Assembly (NCBI GenBank): GCA_002633005.1
Contig: NMRA01000686.1
Span: 124,001 to 188,000 of the forward strand
Length of the DNA: 64,000 nt
Reading direction: 5' to 3'
From: Phoronis australis
Lineage: Eukaryota > Animalia > Phoronida
Within the stretch, counting starts at the first letter, position 1. The number at the start of each line of letters is the position of its first letter. The notes under the pieces are model-generated. The model had not been told where the DNA came from. It did no database searches and was given only the letters and a program-made list of their open reading frames with translations. Below, piece after piece: positions 39,201 through 54,200 of the stretch. The translations under genes were made by a program, and so were the position numbers.

Positions 39201-42200
39201 CTTCTTAAACGAGGTGAGAAAATTATATGTGCCCGTTGTCGACCATTTATGGAGAGGTTGGTATGTCTTTAGTTTGTGCCAAAATATTACAGACAAGAGG
39301 CTTTGATTTACTGAGTGTTCTAGTGAAGGTACATGCAGTGAAGAAGTGGCTCTTTGTTTGACTCCAGGCAAGAAGCAGGTCATTTTCGATGATATATTTG
39401 TTATAAATGAATAATTCCACGAACTCAATGTTCGTTTAAAACACATTTAATGCAGTCTCAACTAAACAACGAGTAGAACACTCTTGCGATACCTTGTTGA
39501 CGGTATTGACGTCGCATCCGCTTTCCCTGCACAGTAGTTTCACTACCTCTGTACGTCCACGTTCAGATGCGTTGTGCAGCGGTGTGTCACCCGACTACAG
39601 TAAGTGAACAAAAATAGATAATGTTGATCAGCATTATACAGTAGTGATGTGGGTGGGTGAACAGGTCGCCAACTTAAAGACTTTTTAAGTTCAAAACTTC
39701 ACCATCACTTGTCATACTTATGAAGTGAGTGACTCAAAATGACGAGAGTAAAAACTGACCTTTAAACTCAGACATAATCTGCCCCGGAATTTTTAAAGGT
39801 CAGTCTGATTAGATGTTATCCGATTGAAAAGAGTACTATTCTAAAATATGACATCAGGATTTTATATATAACAACAGAGTGACATTCATGCATATAGTGA
39901 GTGCTGTGGAAATACAAGAACCAAGTCACCGTGCAAGTCTCAGTGAACTGATTGTACAGAGCGACGGTTTTTTAATTATTTAAAGTCGCGTGCACGTCAC
40001 GTCACGTGCGGTGGAATGCAAGGAAAAATGTCAAAGTTTGCAACTAAATCATAATGGTGATTTATTAATGAAATCACCGAAAGGTTCAATCTAGTCGCGC
40101 GTTGTGTGTTCAACTAAACAACCTGTGTGTCATTACTTACCAACATATCACGTACATCTACACTGGCCTTGTGGGCCAACATCACCTTCACTGTTTCTGT
40201 ATGACCACCCTCTGCTGCCATGTGCAGCGGTGTCACGCCCATCTATGTAATACATAATGGAGATGTGTGAATGGACGATCAACGTTTAGAGCTAATTAAC
40301 ATACACAGGGGAAAGTGAACTTATAAGGTGACATAATGAAACATTACTGACCCCTCTAAGACGCTACAATACTTGTAATGATTTCAAGAACCAAGCGTTA
40401 CAGATTTTAAAACGTTACAGAACATGTTACAACTCTACGCAGCTTTGGTTCTTCACCAATCAAAAGCAGACGACATATAACTTGTCATTGTTTTAGGACA
40501 ATAAATTGTGAAAAATATCAACAAAATTTGTTCCTAAACAGTTTTAATCATCGTGTGTGTAAACAACTAGTTCAACTAAACAACCTGTGTGTCATTACTT
40601 ACCACATCACGTACATCTACACTGGCCTTGTTGGCCAACATCGCCTTCACTACGTCTGTATGACCACACTCTGCTGCCCTGTGCAGCGGTGTCCGGCCCT
40701 CCTATGTAATAAATAATGGAGATGTGTGAATGGACGATCAACGTTTAGAGCTAATTAACATACACGGGGGAAAGTGAACTTGTAAGGTGACACAAATGAA
40801 ACATAAGTGACCCCTCTAAGACGCTACAATACTTGTAATGATTTTAAGAATCAAGTGTTAAAGATTTTAAAACGTTACAGAACATGTTACAACTCTACGC
40901 AGCTTTGGTTCTTCACCAATCAAAAGCAGATGACATTTAATATGATATTGTTTTAAGGACATTAAATTGTAGAAATATCAACAAAATTTGTTCCTAAACA
41001 GTTTTAGCCATCTTTATGTGAAACAACTAGTTCAACTAAACAACCTGTGTGTCATTACTTACCACATAATCACGTACATCTACACTGGCCTTGTTGGCCA
41101 ACAATACCTTCACTGTGTCTGTATGACCCCACAGTGCTGCCATGTGCAGCGGTGTCCCGCCCAACTATGTAATATATAATGGAGATGTGTGAATGGAAGA
41201 TCAACGTTTAGAGCTAATTAACATACAAGGGGGAAAGTGAACTTGTAAGATGACATAAATGAAACATTACTGACCCCTCTAAGACGCTACAATACTTGTA
41301 ATGATTTCAAGAAGCAAGTGTTGCAGATTTTAAAACGTTGCTGTAACAACAGAACATGTTGTAGACGTCGACTGCAAGAAATTACAGAGTTCCTCCATAA
41401 CTTGACAGCGATCCCGCCATGTTGTATTTCTTCACTGGTTTAATTGCTTCGTGTTTAATATAAAGTTGTAATGTTGAATGGACGATTGTCATTAAGAATA
41501 GAAAAGTGGACGTTATTAAAGTCGCTAAATGTGTTGGTGACATGATTCAAACTTCAGTTTCTTAAGATGATTGTGCCCCTGCAAGTTGAAAAATACATGT
41601 CAAAATATTGAGAAACAAAACGTGCATTTACAAACAAAATATTTAGTTGAACTTCAAAGTCTACAGCTTTTGTAATAAAGATAACATTGTCTTAATTCTA
41701 ATGTCGTCTCAAGTAGTTTCTATTACCTCGTCTCGCACGTCTACATCGGCCCCACCCTGCACCAGCACCCTCACCAACTCCGTCCTGCCCTCCTCCGTTG
41801 CTATGTGAAGTGCTGTCTGGCCCTGCAGAAACAATGAACAATTTATAGCAAACTTCACAATCATTAACTTCACTGTGAATCTTAATTACTCATCATGCAA
41901 ACGTTCAAATAACTCATTTCCACACAAAATTACCAAATCTACTCTATGTTTACCTGTTAATTAACAGTCGTGGTTGGAATATATCATCGTGTCAGTGTCA
42001 ATAGTAATTCTTTCAGTGTAGACATGAGATATTCCTTAAAAGTATGCAACATTTATGAAATTACGCACACCTGGTTGTAGCTAACACGAGCTATCACTGT
42101 TATTGGAGAAAACCTGTCCTTGATATTCGCACTAATAATCACCTCTAAGAGCACAATGTCATGAGAATAAAATGTTCAATCCCATTTTTGTTTTTAGGGG

Positions 42201-45200
42201 CATAACCAGCTAAACAGGGGGAAAAGCAACTTGCTGGAAAATCAATTCCTTGATGAAAAAAGGAGGCAATAGACGACAATGCGCGGCACATGTACTTTAT
42301 CGGCTATACGCGGAAGTTGCGAATATATTGGTAAAATCGTCGTACTCATGCGGTTTGCTTTTATTAGTGGGTCTACCTGAAACCAACACTTACTGGACGC
42401 ATCGATTCAAAAGCATGCTTAAACTTATGAATTCTAGACTCTAACAATAGGGATATGAGACTATTTTCTTTGGCAAGAAATTATTTCTAAATTTGCGTAA
42501 GGAAGAAATGGAATAGTGGGACGAGAGAACACAATGATACAGCTTTACAAGGTCAATGTGACATCAGGATGGGATAATACTGGGACTGAAATATTAAATA
42601 GTTTCAGGAAAAAACGGTTGGAGTGTATTGTTGATTAGGAACCACAGGCACGGGGAAACATGTTCAAGAGGTCAACACGACAACAGCATCGAACAAAATG
42701 CCAAATGGCAAAATCACTTCGCCAAAATGTGCTGGCAAAGACTAAACCCTTGTATAAATTTTGAACACGTTGAAACACATGTTACCAAAACCTTTTTCCG
42801 ATGTGTAAAATCAATTACGCGAATGTTACCATTCCAACGCACATCCAAACAGTTATAAAATTATTCTCTTGTGCAGACTTCAAACGACGACGTCCAGACA
42901 GGCGAAGAGTTGCCTTCAAAATGCAGCACTTAGTCAGACAGTTTTCACGTGTACACGCGATAAATTGATACAACAGCCTCTTGCTGGGTAGGAACAGGAG
43001 AAGAATTGCTTTTAAAATGTAGCACTTTGCCTGCCAGTTTTCACGTGTATACGCGATGAAATGATACACTTGCCTTATCTTGATTATATTTAAAGGAACA
43101 TTTCCTGATGATAGGGAAGTGATTAAAGATACAATGCAGCATGACCAATCTCAAGAAAAATGATCGCAGTTTGAACTTTTGATAGTCGTGTTGATCCCAT
43201 TTTCAACACAGACGTTCTGAAAGATGCGTTAGCGCAATTATACCTCGTTACTGACAGTTTTAGACAATCAGCTTGTTCAACACTTCGTTTAAACAGATGG
43301 TGCGATAGGTTTAAGTGATATCAGAAATATGCGGTGCCAAGTAATTTCATTTGTAACGGTATGATCTCGACAGCTTTTACTGATGGCAAGCAACAAACGT
43401 GTACGGAAAATTAAACGTCAGCCTCAATTTGATGTTCTGTCACTAGACTAAACTAGCCGACTGATCTTGAACCCCACTTCGACACAAACAGATAAAAGAA
43501 TTTACAATTTGTACACATTAGGACGAGTAATATAAAAGGGAAATGAAAAATACCTTACTGAATAATAGCATTGGCCCCTTAAAGAATAGAAATATTATGC
43601 TGTACCTTAAGCCATTTATCGTTTAAAAACTAAATAAATAAAATCTTTAAAACGTCATTGGTTTTTAAAAAATCACCGCCGTGGTAACAATGAGTTGCGC
43701 TTACGTCGGTCCATCTACATGTAATTATAGAAGAAAATTTGGAAATCAATCAGTAGACATTTATTTGTACGTGAACACTGTACTTCACGTGACTAAAATG
43801 TTCAAAATGAGATGGGTGGACTTTTGTGTGAAAAATGGCCCCTGATGAGAATGAAGCACTCATTGTGTCCATTCTAATAGGTTTGAGAAGCTTATCTTGG
43901 GTTGGCAATATAAGAGTGACGTTTACAGTAGTGCATTGATTTTATTTATTTATTTATTTATTATTGTGATATTTACATGTAAAATGAGGGTGGCCTCTTC
44001 AGTGATAGCACTGCTTTCCAAGAGGGCCCTCAACAAGAAAAACAGTAATATAATACAATGAAGTAATAAAACAACAATGAAATATACGTAACAAAGATAC
44101 AATTAAAACAGGTAGAGAATTAAGACAATAACTAAATGACAAATAATGGTAAAAATTAACTAAGACAGATGAAATATATTAGAGATGATTCTAGACAGTG
44201 AGAGTATTTACGACAAGGAAAAAATGACATGATTAAGACAGGCAGGGTATAAAAGGTCAAGTAAATTACAGCCACTTTTAATATTTACTTTAAAGGTAGT
44301 AATTGAATTGGCCCGTTTAATTTCTGGGCTAAAAGAATTCCACATTACAGCAGCTGCATAGATAAAAGACCTCTTGCCCGTCTCGGGTTTAATTTTTTTA
44401 GAAGAAACATTGCCAGAGATATACTGAAGCCAAGCCATTGATACATCTGTACATACAACAGGCAGAGAGATATTTATTTCTTTGATTTACTTTCATAAAT
44501 CCCAGCTTGGAATACAAGTCGTCAACCCTGGTGTCCCCAATTCTAGTACCCAGGATAGCCCTGGCGGCTCTATCTTGGATTACTTGGACTTTGTTTACAA
44601 GTGTGTCACTAGTGTGCCCCCAAACCGGTAAACAATAATCAATATGAGGCTGAATAATAGAATGGTAAAGTGTCTTAAGAGTACTGACATTAAGAAATTT
44701 GTCTAGACGTTTAAGTACACCGATTTTCTTTGATAATTTCTTTGTGATATGATCTATGTGCATATTAAATTTAAGATTGGGATCTAAAGTAAGGCCCAAG
44801 TACTTAAAGTTGTCAACATTCTCGATGGGAGAACCGTTGATAGAAAGGGATAGTTTTAAAGAACAAGATTACGTCGCCATTGGTACCAATTCCCAAACAC
44901 GACTGATTCCTGTAACTTACAGTTCACTCGTAGTGGTTAATTGGATAACCAACTCTCATCGATTGTACCTCTGTGAACATCTAAAATATGTCTTAGGTAA
45001 GACCGGCCGCATGGCCATGACTAAAATCTTCCTAATTTACTAACAAGGTTACGTCGTTCCTGTAAACTGACGTCTAATAGAGACGTTTTGAAAAGCGACG
45101 TGAACGTGAACTATCACGCAATTTCTGTATAATACCGAGTCATACATGCCACTGTTGGATGTGGCACAATCCCGGTAGTGTCCGAGTATTTTACGCGAAT

Positions 45201-48200
45201 ACGGAGAGATTCGCGTCGTTTTCATCGCGAAACCTGGTCACATTTTTTAATTCTTGTTTGGTAAGACATCGAGATAATTTCATTTTGATGGGGTTCTCAT
45301 CCTTTCTAACTTGCTTCAATTTAAAATGAACACATCTCTTTTGTCTATAAATGTTCTTAAAGTTTCTTTGCATGTAAGGTCCTTTTAATTTCGCATTCTA
45401 CATAGCTGACGTTTTTTCGAATGAACTCGTAGAAACGATTTTGTTCACCTAAAAGAAGTTGTATTGGAAGATTGACTTTGTAAACTAGCTGACATGTACT
45501 AGGCCTACATAGCTGGACACCCTGAGTTCAGATATTCAGTTCACGCTTTTTTACACGTTCACGTAAATATTTAGATGTTGCAAAGCTCACTTTTGTTACC
45601 GTAACGTGAATCGACAGAGTAATTAAGTATGCTTTGCGAAGTCTCTCTATGATAACATATAACCAGTGTGATATGTGTAACGTTCAAACATTGTTTTAGT
45701 TTCGAGAGCGATATTTGAGCTTTCAAATCTATAGGTCTACAATCTTTTGGATTAAACCCTTCTTCCGTTACATTAAACAGCATTGGCGTACATTCGATTT
45801 CATTTGACGGTTTCCAAACACCTTTTTCTGAATATCTTCCCATAGTTCTATTTTCGGGTATTCTCGGCAAGTCGTGCTTGGTCCTACAAGTGCTGAAAGC
45901 ATGTCTTATTTAACCTTATTGATGCTGAGCCCGCTTTTGGCCTGTACTACATTACACATCTATTAACAACGACTTCTCATCCAGAACTCAAGAACGAAAT
46001 AATGCTCAGTTGGGCAAGACAGCAAGAGCCCTTATACCCATTCTGTGACCCGGTGATTACAGTATGTGTATTTTAGTATAATAGTGGTTGTATCACCCAA
46101 GTAAGACGTGGGTTATATGGCAGTAGTCCGAAGGTGCACTAGTCCGAATATAGTCAAGATTTCGGACTGGCGGATGTTTTTCACATTTTTGTACATTCAA
46201 CTATTCAGAAACTTCCGAAAGCACCAGCCCGCCGGGCACCAAAAAGACCCTGCATGCAGAAAATTCGGATTTCCATGCAACACACTGTGTTATTACAGCG
46301 CAATGTTCATGAAACCAATGCAATTCAAGAGCAGTGCTACACTTGCTCCAATGTATCAGTACGCATGTCTCAAAAATTTCTCTTAAGTGGTTTATGGTGT
46401 ATTTCCCACTTATTAGTGAGAAGCCTTTAGGACCATTGCACATTCAGACTAGTGAGCTGCTTTCAAGAGGAGAATGAATGTTACCAGGAGACAGAAAGGT
46501 GATCGGTGGAAATCACCAAAATAGGAATCCAATTGACTTTGTCTGCTAAAAGTACTTTTTAATTCACAATTTTCTAAATCATGACACGTGTATCTTCCAC
46601 TGATTTTTTTAAGAAATGCAAGCTCTCCCTTACTAACGACATTCAGCCATGTTACGAAGTGTTCACAGCTGGCCAGTGAAAGGGAATTCGCATCCAAAGG
46701 ATAACATGATTTGAGGAACACCTCATAAACCCCGAAAATAAGGACTTATATATTTGCATGAGGATACAATGAGTAAAACTTTTGTGATGTCATTTCTGTT
46801 GCTAGTTTTGGAAGGGTAGTTGCGAAACTCCGTTTACGTAATCGCCTTACAATCGTGTAACTACCCAAAAAAGTTGACTTCCAAGAATTTCAATAATCTA
46901 GCCCAACTCACACGTGTAGCCGTTGTGATTCGTAAGATATCGGATCCAAGTCAATACTCTGTTATATGTTATGTGACGTTTTACACCCATAAAAACATGG
47001 ACACTAGAAAAACATTTGCATTTATCTTACATTTCATTTTGAAGTACCTTCAATGGTCTATAGTACATGGGTTATCGTATTGCCTGGAAGACAAGGTCTT
47101 GGTATTACAGAGTAGTCAAACAAAACGTTTTAGAACACGTTTCAATGGTATAAACAATGCTTTCGCTCACACCAGAATGAAAATGAATCAGACTGTAAGA
47201 CTACTTCCTTATCTTCGAATATGAGAACATACTTCTCATTACTTATAATTTTTGTAACAGAGCAAGTCTCCACTGAGCATTAAAAATGTGTATTTCACCT
47301 CATCAGGCATACGTTCAGTTCAGTTACACATGATAACGATCAATTTCATGTAGGTAAATGAAGGAAAAACCCTTCTCCTAAGCCTGTCGCTAGCGAAGTG
47401 CCCGACACCTACAGTCGCGCCCGCATGCCCACGTAACAAAGGCGCACTGAGACGCAACAAAGACATAAGCATTAGAATAACTGAACATTTGCAACCAACT
47501 AAGAACAACCATAAGCGTAAAGTTCCGGACGTCCCGTCACATTTTCATCACTTAAGAATGTAGATGTGGTATCTATAAACATAAATAACACATGCGTGGA
47601 AATGTAACAAGCAAGGAAGATCACAAGATACAACAAGGAGACAAAAGGAAACAGAAAAATTAATTGGATAAAACTGACTCAAAATCTCTCAAAAGCTGTA
47701 ATTATACATGTACATGTGTTGCATTCTCATAGATTTATCTATCTCACATTATTTAGTATTTTGTGAAAGACAAACTGTAGAATGCTACCTTCTCGTTTTT
47801 GTTGAAACATGGAAAGTCTAGTTTAGTAAAAATCTTGTTTTATACCACTGCCTTTTTAGGAAAAAAACAAACAGAACTACTACAATTCATACATGGTTTC
47901 AACAATTCGGTAATCTAATCCACAAGGGTTGTATAACACTCCAAGCCCTAACAAAACACATATATCAGATTCAGGGACGTCATAACAGAAAGATAAAAAT
48001 CGACATTTTTTAATAAACAGTGGGTGAGGATAAGTTTGTGAATCAATCACAAATTAAAACCATATCATGAGACCTTATAGAAAATATTCGATGCAATAAC
48101 TGATTCCTAATAAATATTCTGATAAGTCATGCAAAGGTTCCTTAGTATTTTCACAAAAGGTCGAGTGTATGCACTACAAATACACATACATCTGCAAATA

Positions 48201-51200
48201 TATGATATCAAAATCATGAACGCATTTCCGTGATCATTTGATTAATACAATATGAATTTTGCTTGGTTGGCTATCACCACGAATAAAACAATTGAAATCT
48301 TACCTTATGAAATTTCTTCAAACTAAACAAACATCATACAAAAGTTATTTCAAAAAGTGCTTCTAATTTGAAGGGAAAGATAGATCATAATAAACGGCTT
48401 AAACCGCAAACTTCATAAATCAAAAAAGTGTAATGGAAAGTGGTCTAACATAAATTTAGCGCACGAGACTTGATCAACTTGGCTTAAAGTTTTCCTTATC
48501 CCACAACATTTTCAACTTGCTCATAAAAAACGGTATATGGGTCATCTTCAACCCTCCCAAGGCTTTATTTTCAACAATAACTTGACAATTCCCGTTATAA
48601 ATGTTACGGTTCCGGACAAAACAATGTTTTCCAACTAAGCAGCGACTGGACGAAGGAATGCTGAGGAAAACATGTATATTTTAAATAACAACCCAACCAG
48701 GTACAATTGGCAGTATTGTAGCCCAATGTGTATTTTTTAAGAATACTGGAACTTTTTATCAATATAATTTAACTTCAAAGTATTTTCCAGGCTTGTTGTA
48801 AAACTTATATCCAAAAAAAGAAAAATTCTTACTTCCCCAAGTTACGTTTATATCTTGACAAAATAACGTTTTCATAGAGCTAAAATCACACAAACATTTT
48901 GTTTATTAGGGGCGGATCCAAGGCACAGTATTAGCCAGGATTTTGCCTGTGAGACATACGCCTCCCAAAATGCCAAATGTAATCTGGGAGACCTTTAAGG
49001 GGCATAGCCCCCTTGACCCCCTTTTTAAATCTGCCACTAAGGACGAGAATACTGCATCGAAAAATTTTAAAAATTGATTAGAACCAGTAGTCAAAGGACA
49101 TCTTGTTCAATAGTGTATAATGTCATACAAAAGGGTATATTTCATCACGTAAAAAGTCCAGCTAAACTGTTTGATTACCATGGGTTAATTCAAGATTATT
49201 TTAGCAGTTTTGTAGCATGAAAGGAGAAATTGTAATGTGTGTTAAGCAAAGACAGGAGTCCCCAATCACGAGGAATAACGGTTCTTATGATTAGACTTGT
49301 TGATTCAATGAATCTGAAGCTAGATACAAATATTTTCCGAAACACTGAAATTTTGATGAACCACCTTCGGACTAGGAACAATTGTCGTTTTTGATAAATA
49401 CATGCTTCTTCGTACGTACTACTTATTCCACGATTCAAAATTGTTACATGCAGCTAGCATCATATAATTTTGGAATGACAATTGCATTGCTTATGGGGGT
49501 GCCTTCGCTACTGTCGCACACCCTTGGCTACAACCATGGTTCTGGCTCGAAGTTACACGTACACTGTATCAGTAGGCCTAACCCAGACCAGTCCATGTTC
49601 GACGCAAAGGCCTAATCATTTTATAAATAGATCACAAAAAATCACGAAGCCCATAACTTAGCAAGCTATACCAAACTTCTCCAAACCACTTCTGAAAACA
49701 CCCCGAGCGAAGTTGTTGAAAGTTCAAAACGTAACGGAAAGGTTTAAAGATCAAAACGTAATGGAGAGGGATAGGGAGCATCAAAACAGAGTGAATACGA
49801 AATTGGACGATATCAAAATAGGTTATTGGCTGAAGATTAAAGTTGTTAGAGGTGAATGTCTGTTAGAAAACCTTTCGTATGGGGTACATTTAAGGATGCA
49901 CTTACGAAGAAATCTTTCAACAAGTAACGACGTCGAACAAAATGCAAGCCTGTAAAGCGTACTTTTGAAACACTTTTCTTACAAAACCTCGTTGAAAGAG
50001 CTTTTTCCAAATTGTTCCTCTTTATTTTCGAGATCTCTGCCCAGTCAATGAATCAATGATGGGGTTATAAGTAGACCTACCGTTTCGACGTCAATCTCAT
50101 CCAAACTGAACTGTACGATGAACTGTGCTTTTAAAAAGGCAGAGCTCAGCTGGGCAGTTTCCACGCGCACACGCACCAAACGATACATTTTGTTGTTAAA
50201 AATATTTTAAAGGACAATTCCTGATCGCGGAAAAAAGGCGGTTTATCATCCATAAACAAGATGTGAACAAGACTACCTTGTTCTTAAATCAACAGATGGA
50301 ATTCCCAAGCACAGTCCATGTGCTCCTTTCTTGGATTACTTCACACACAAAGCAAAATACGTGCAAAATTTGAATACCCACATTTGTTTGCAAGCAGTCT
50401 AGATCTACTATCAAATTTCCATGTGCCCAATATATAAGACATTTACTGGAAAATACTATTGTAAACTAAAGTGGCTGCACCAACTATACAACAAATAGTA
50501 TTTCTAAATTAACCATAAAAATATTTCTCTGGTAGCCACTCATTTATTCAACAAAATACTCTTCCATTTGAAAGCTGGAATTACGGTACCCAAATTAGAA
50601 AAAAATCACTATCACTTATTTGTAATTTCAGCCCTATAACACTTCAAAAATCTTGCTCCAAATTTGACATGGAGTAAAATGTACATTTTTACTTTACTTG
50701 TTTTTAAAGTTACCAACATCAATTTGGTTTCATGAGTTGAAAAAGTACCATATCTCACCTGGATGAAATTGTTCACGAAACAAACTAAAAATTAAATGTT
50801 AGATAAATAATTTTAGATGTGGCATCCGCGTTTGAGGCGGTTCTACAAGACCTACTCATGCACGAACGTGTCCCGTATGAAATGTCAGAACGCCCTATTC
50901 ACTTGGTAGTACAACTACACGGTGTGCTTCCAAAACCCTCACTGCCAGGCTTTGTTTAGGTAGGTGTAATGCAAGTTAGTGTCCTCGAACTCTGTTTTTT
51001 TCTGCTGTATAACAAAGACTTTCCTTCAGACGTCAGCTCCAAAATCATTTATATTAGGTACCTCACATGTAATCCATATCTCAAGAACCTTTCCATCCAC
51101 CTAGAATTGAATATTATTTCCAGAGCTTGTAAATAGCTCATGAACTTCAAGGTTGACATAAAGTGTTGATTTTGCATTTCCAAAAAGCCCCTGACCCACT

Positions 51201-54200
51201 TTATATCTGAACCTGAATGGTGGAGTTATTCTCATAATTATAGACGTCTATGCATTGTATTGGCCGATGAACTGTCACTTGATCGCACCATCGAGTCTCT
51301 GGCAGTAAAATCAATTTCTAATCAACCTACGGAAACATGTATCGCATCTTCGTTGCATGTTTTCAAATCGTTTGCATACACCTACTTTGACTATTATGAC
51401 GTAATCTACTAAGCAGAACTTCATGTAAGCAGATGGTGTAGGACCTTAACTTTGTTTGACACGAACAGAATACAGTACCAGGCTGCAGTAAACATTACCG
51501 GGCGGTGTCACGAAAGGATCGAACACAATCGAAAGTCTTTAATGGTCCAAGTTGTCATTGTGTTGAAAGCCGCATTCAAGTGTTAACACATCAAGTTCTC
51601 AACAAATTAAAAAATATACCCAAAAAAAAGTTCGAAAATCATCTATTACAAAAACCTAGATGTGGGTATAATTCAACAGCATTAGAATCTCGCCAGGACC
51701 TTTGCGAGATTCTGTACGCCTGTGATCTGATAAATATCTTCTTTAATGTTCCCCTGTTGTTCATGTTAATTCGATTCCCGAACTTAATTTTACATATTGC
51801 AATTGCCCAATCTAGAGAATTGGAAATGACATACCTTATTCAGCATATTAATTTCGACGGTGCGTGAGAGGGAAAAACTAAAAATTTGCGGTGACGTGAC
51901 AAAGAATTTCCCGTATAAGAGTACGATTACTTTTACTACATACGACAAAAGCATACAAAAAATTAACATTGTGAACAAGTTGCGTAAATAATACATTTCA
52001 AATTGTGATGTTCAATCACGACTTCACAACTGCTTCTTGGACCCCGTGGTTAACAAAAATTGATAGCCGTAGTACTAGAACGTCAAAAAATTGATAACCT
52101 CCATTCATTAAAATAACGCCAAAGAGCAACCAGTGGTACCAAAATAAATAAAGAACGTCACTATAACATCTATAGATGAAATAATAATAATTGTCTTTTG
52201 TGCGACTTATTTGTTTGAATGTCAACGGCTTAAGTAAATGTTGAAAACCTGGTACATGTACTTTTGTATTCAATTTAAGTATAATTATTATAATCGAGTA
52301 ATTTGCAAAACTCCTGCAAAATCAAATGACCATCTGATTTAGCAAACGCTAAAACACACGCCTAAAAACCAGTTGCGGATTTAAGGGGGGGGGGGCAAGG
52401 GAGTCATGAGCCCCCTAAAATTCTCCCAGGTACCATGAACAAACCCCGTTTTCGGCTAAATCACAATCAAGGTCCATATTCGAGAGTTGACAGTGTTACG
52501 GTCTAAAATAATTTTTTTGGTCACTTACCAAATGCCAATTAAATCTGATATGCAAATAGTTATTCAGTTGTGCAAATTAAAAAAAGAATCATCAAAATCG
52601 GACAATGTTTGAGAAACTTATGCATGTTTTTGTCTATGAATTTCTTGCATTTTTAGCGTTACGAGTGGCCATTTTAAAAATAACAAATTTCAACTGACAC
52701 CAGTAGTAAATAAATTTATTTTATCAAGCAAGCAAATGCTTGGATATGGCTGGGAACAACTTGGGTCACTTTCAAGGTTAATTAGATGAAGTTGTTCTTA
52801 ATCACTGAGAAATGGTAGGGTTCATCGTAAAACTGGAACTCGTTACAAAATTTGTAAATTCTGTGTTTCTAACCCTCACCTACTGTAAAGAAGGTTAAAA
52901 ACTAAAGTTCACACCCTGTAATGAAAAGAACTGCAAAATATGTCAGCCTAAGCAACACAGCAAACTATTCACTATCTAAACAAACCAAAAGTTTGGATAT
53001 TGACTGGGTTCTGCTATGTTGAAAATGGGCCAAAAGGGCTAACAAAATGTAGTGTACGTACCCCCTAGTGGAATTCAGTAACACAAATGGACATTGCAAA
53101 TGAAATTATTGCCCTTTAAATAAGAACATAGTGCTTATTATCACCAAAGAAAAATAAATGTCCATACAACATTATGTTACCATGTGATGCAGAAACAGTG
53201 ATGTAGTGTACGTACCCCCTTTTGTAGTGTACGTATCCCCATATTTACAAATGCCATGAAATTAAAATAACACTCGGTAAGTTAGCAACATTGTTCATAG
53301 ACAGTTTCCTTCCTTAAAAGTATTAGGTTAAAAGAGTGTTTATTGCCAATGCATTTGTTTTGAGTGAAATATTAGCGGTTGTGTAGTGTACGTACCTCCA
53401 TATTTTAATTTGTGCCTATTTTCAAAGTATGGCAGATATGCCTATGAATGTTGTGCTTTTATTGTTTCTCTTTGAATTGATTTAGTAAATCAACTAACTC
53501 TCAGTCGATTCTTAATATTTAGTTACAAACCTGACATGTCATTGAAATGCAGTGTACGTACTCCTGTGTAATGTGCGTACCTTCAACCTCTGTGCTATAA
53601 ACTATTGCTCATTAGAGGTTTTACATACTGCTGTTCTCATGAACAATACTGATATTTCCAAAATGAATACAGTCTGACAAAAAAAACAATGGACATTATC
53701 AAATTTGTAGACAATAAAATGCCACAAAGGACTTGGCTAGTACTCAAAATCCTAGAAGACACGTCATGTGATAACTGATACTGCAGAGGCAGGTTCTCTA
53801 TCTCCCAAGACAACTTTAACTTGCAATAAGCCAACAAGTAGAGGAGGCACAAAACTCAAGACCATTCCATACAGTTGTAACTTAGTCAAAATTTGACGCT
53901 GATTGACTTTTCGTAGTGTACGTCACCCATCAACCAGTAACATTTTTACTGTTTACAAGTGGAACACTGGCACTAGCATTGCTTAAAACTATTTAAACCA
54001 ACTAGTGAATTTATTGAAAACTAGGCAAATAGCACCAATAAAGTTTTTGAAAAAAGTAGTTACTTGTCATTTTCTTTTTGTAAGTATCATATTGCAAGAG
54101 AAGAAGTTATCATTATACTGTGTTAAGATAAGCAATGTAATGATCATCTAGAACAACTGGATCAGCACGGTAACGGCTTTTCTTACCTTACTATGTGACA

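Larger units (their letters stand above)
40100..41350. repeat. Tandem array of ~460-bp exon+intron units, each carrying one ankyrin exon
   Basis: Exon starts at 40141, 40603 and 41063 (periods 462 and 460), with near-identical intron sequence between units. Confidence 0.95.

Noticed and set aside
40100-41350. Tandem repeats as a CRISPR-like array or satellite; plus-strand Cys-rich ORFs 40528..40716 and 40988..41179
   Set aside because: The units are ~460 bp with spliceosomal ankyrin exons on the minus strand. The plus-strand ORFs are antisense shadows.
42815-43069. ORF with a 32-aa internal repeat, near ankyrin period
   Set aside because: No ankyrin motif or splice sites. It is a 96-bp intronic duplication absent from copy A.
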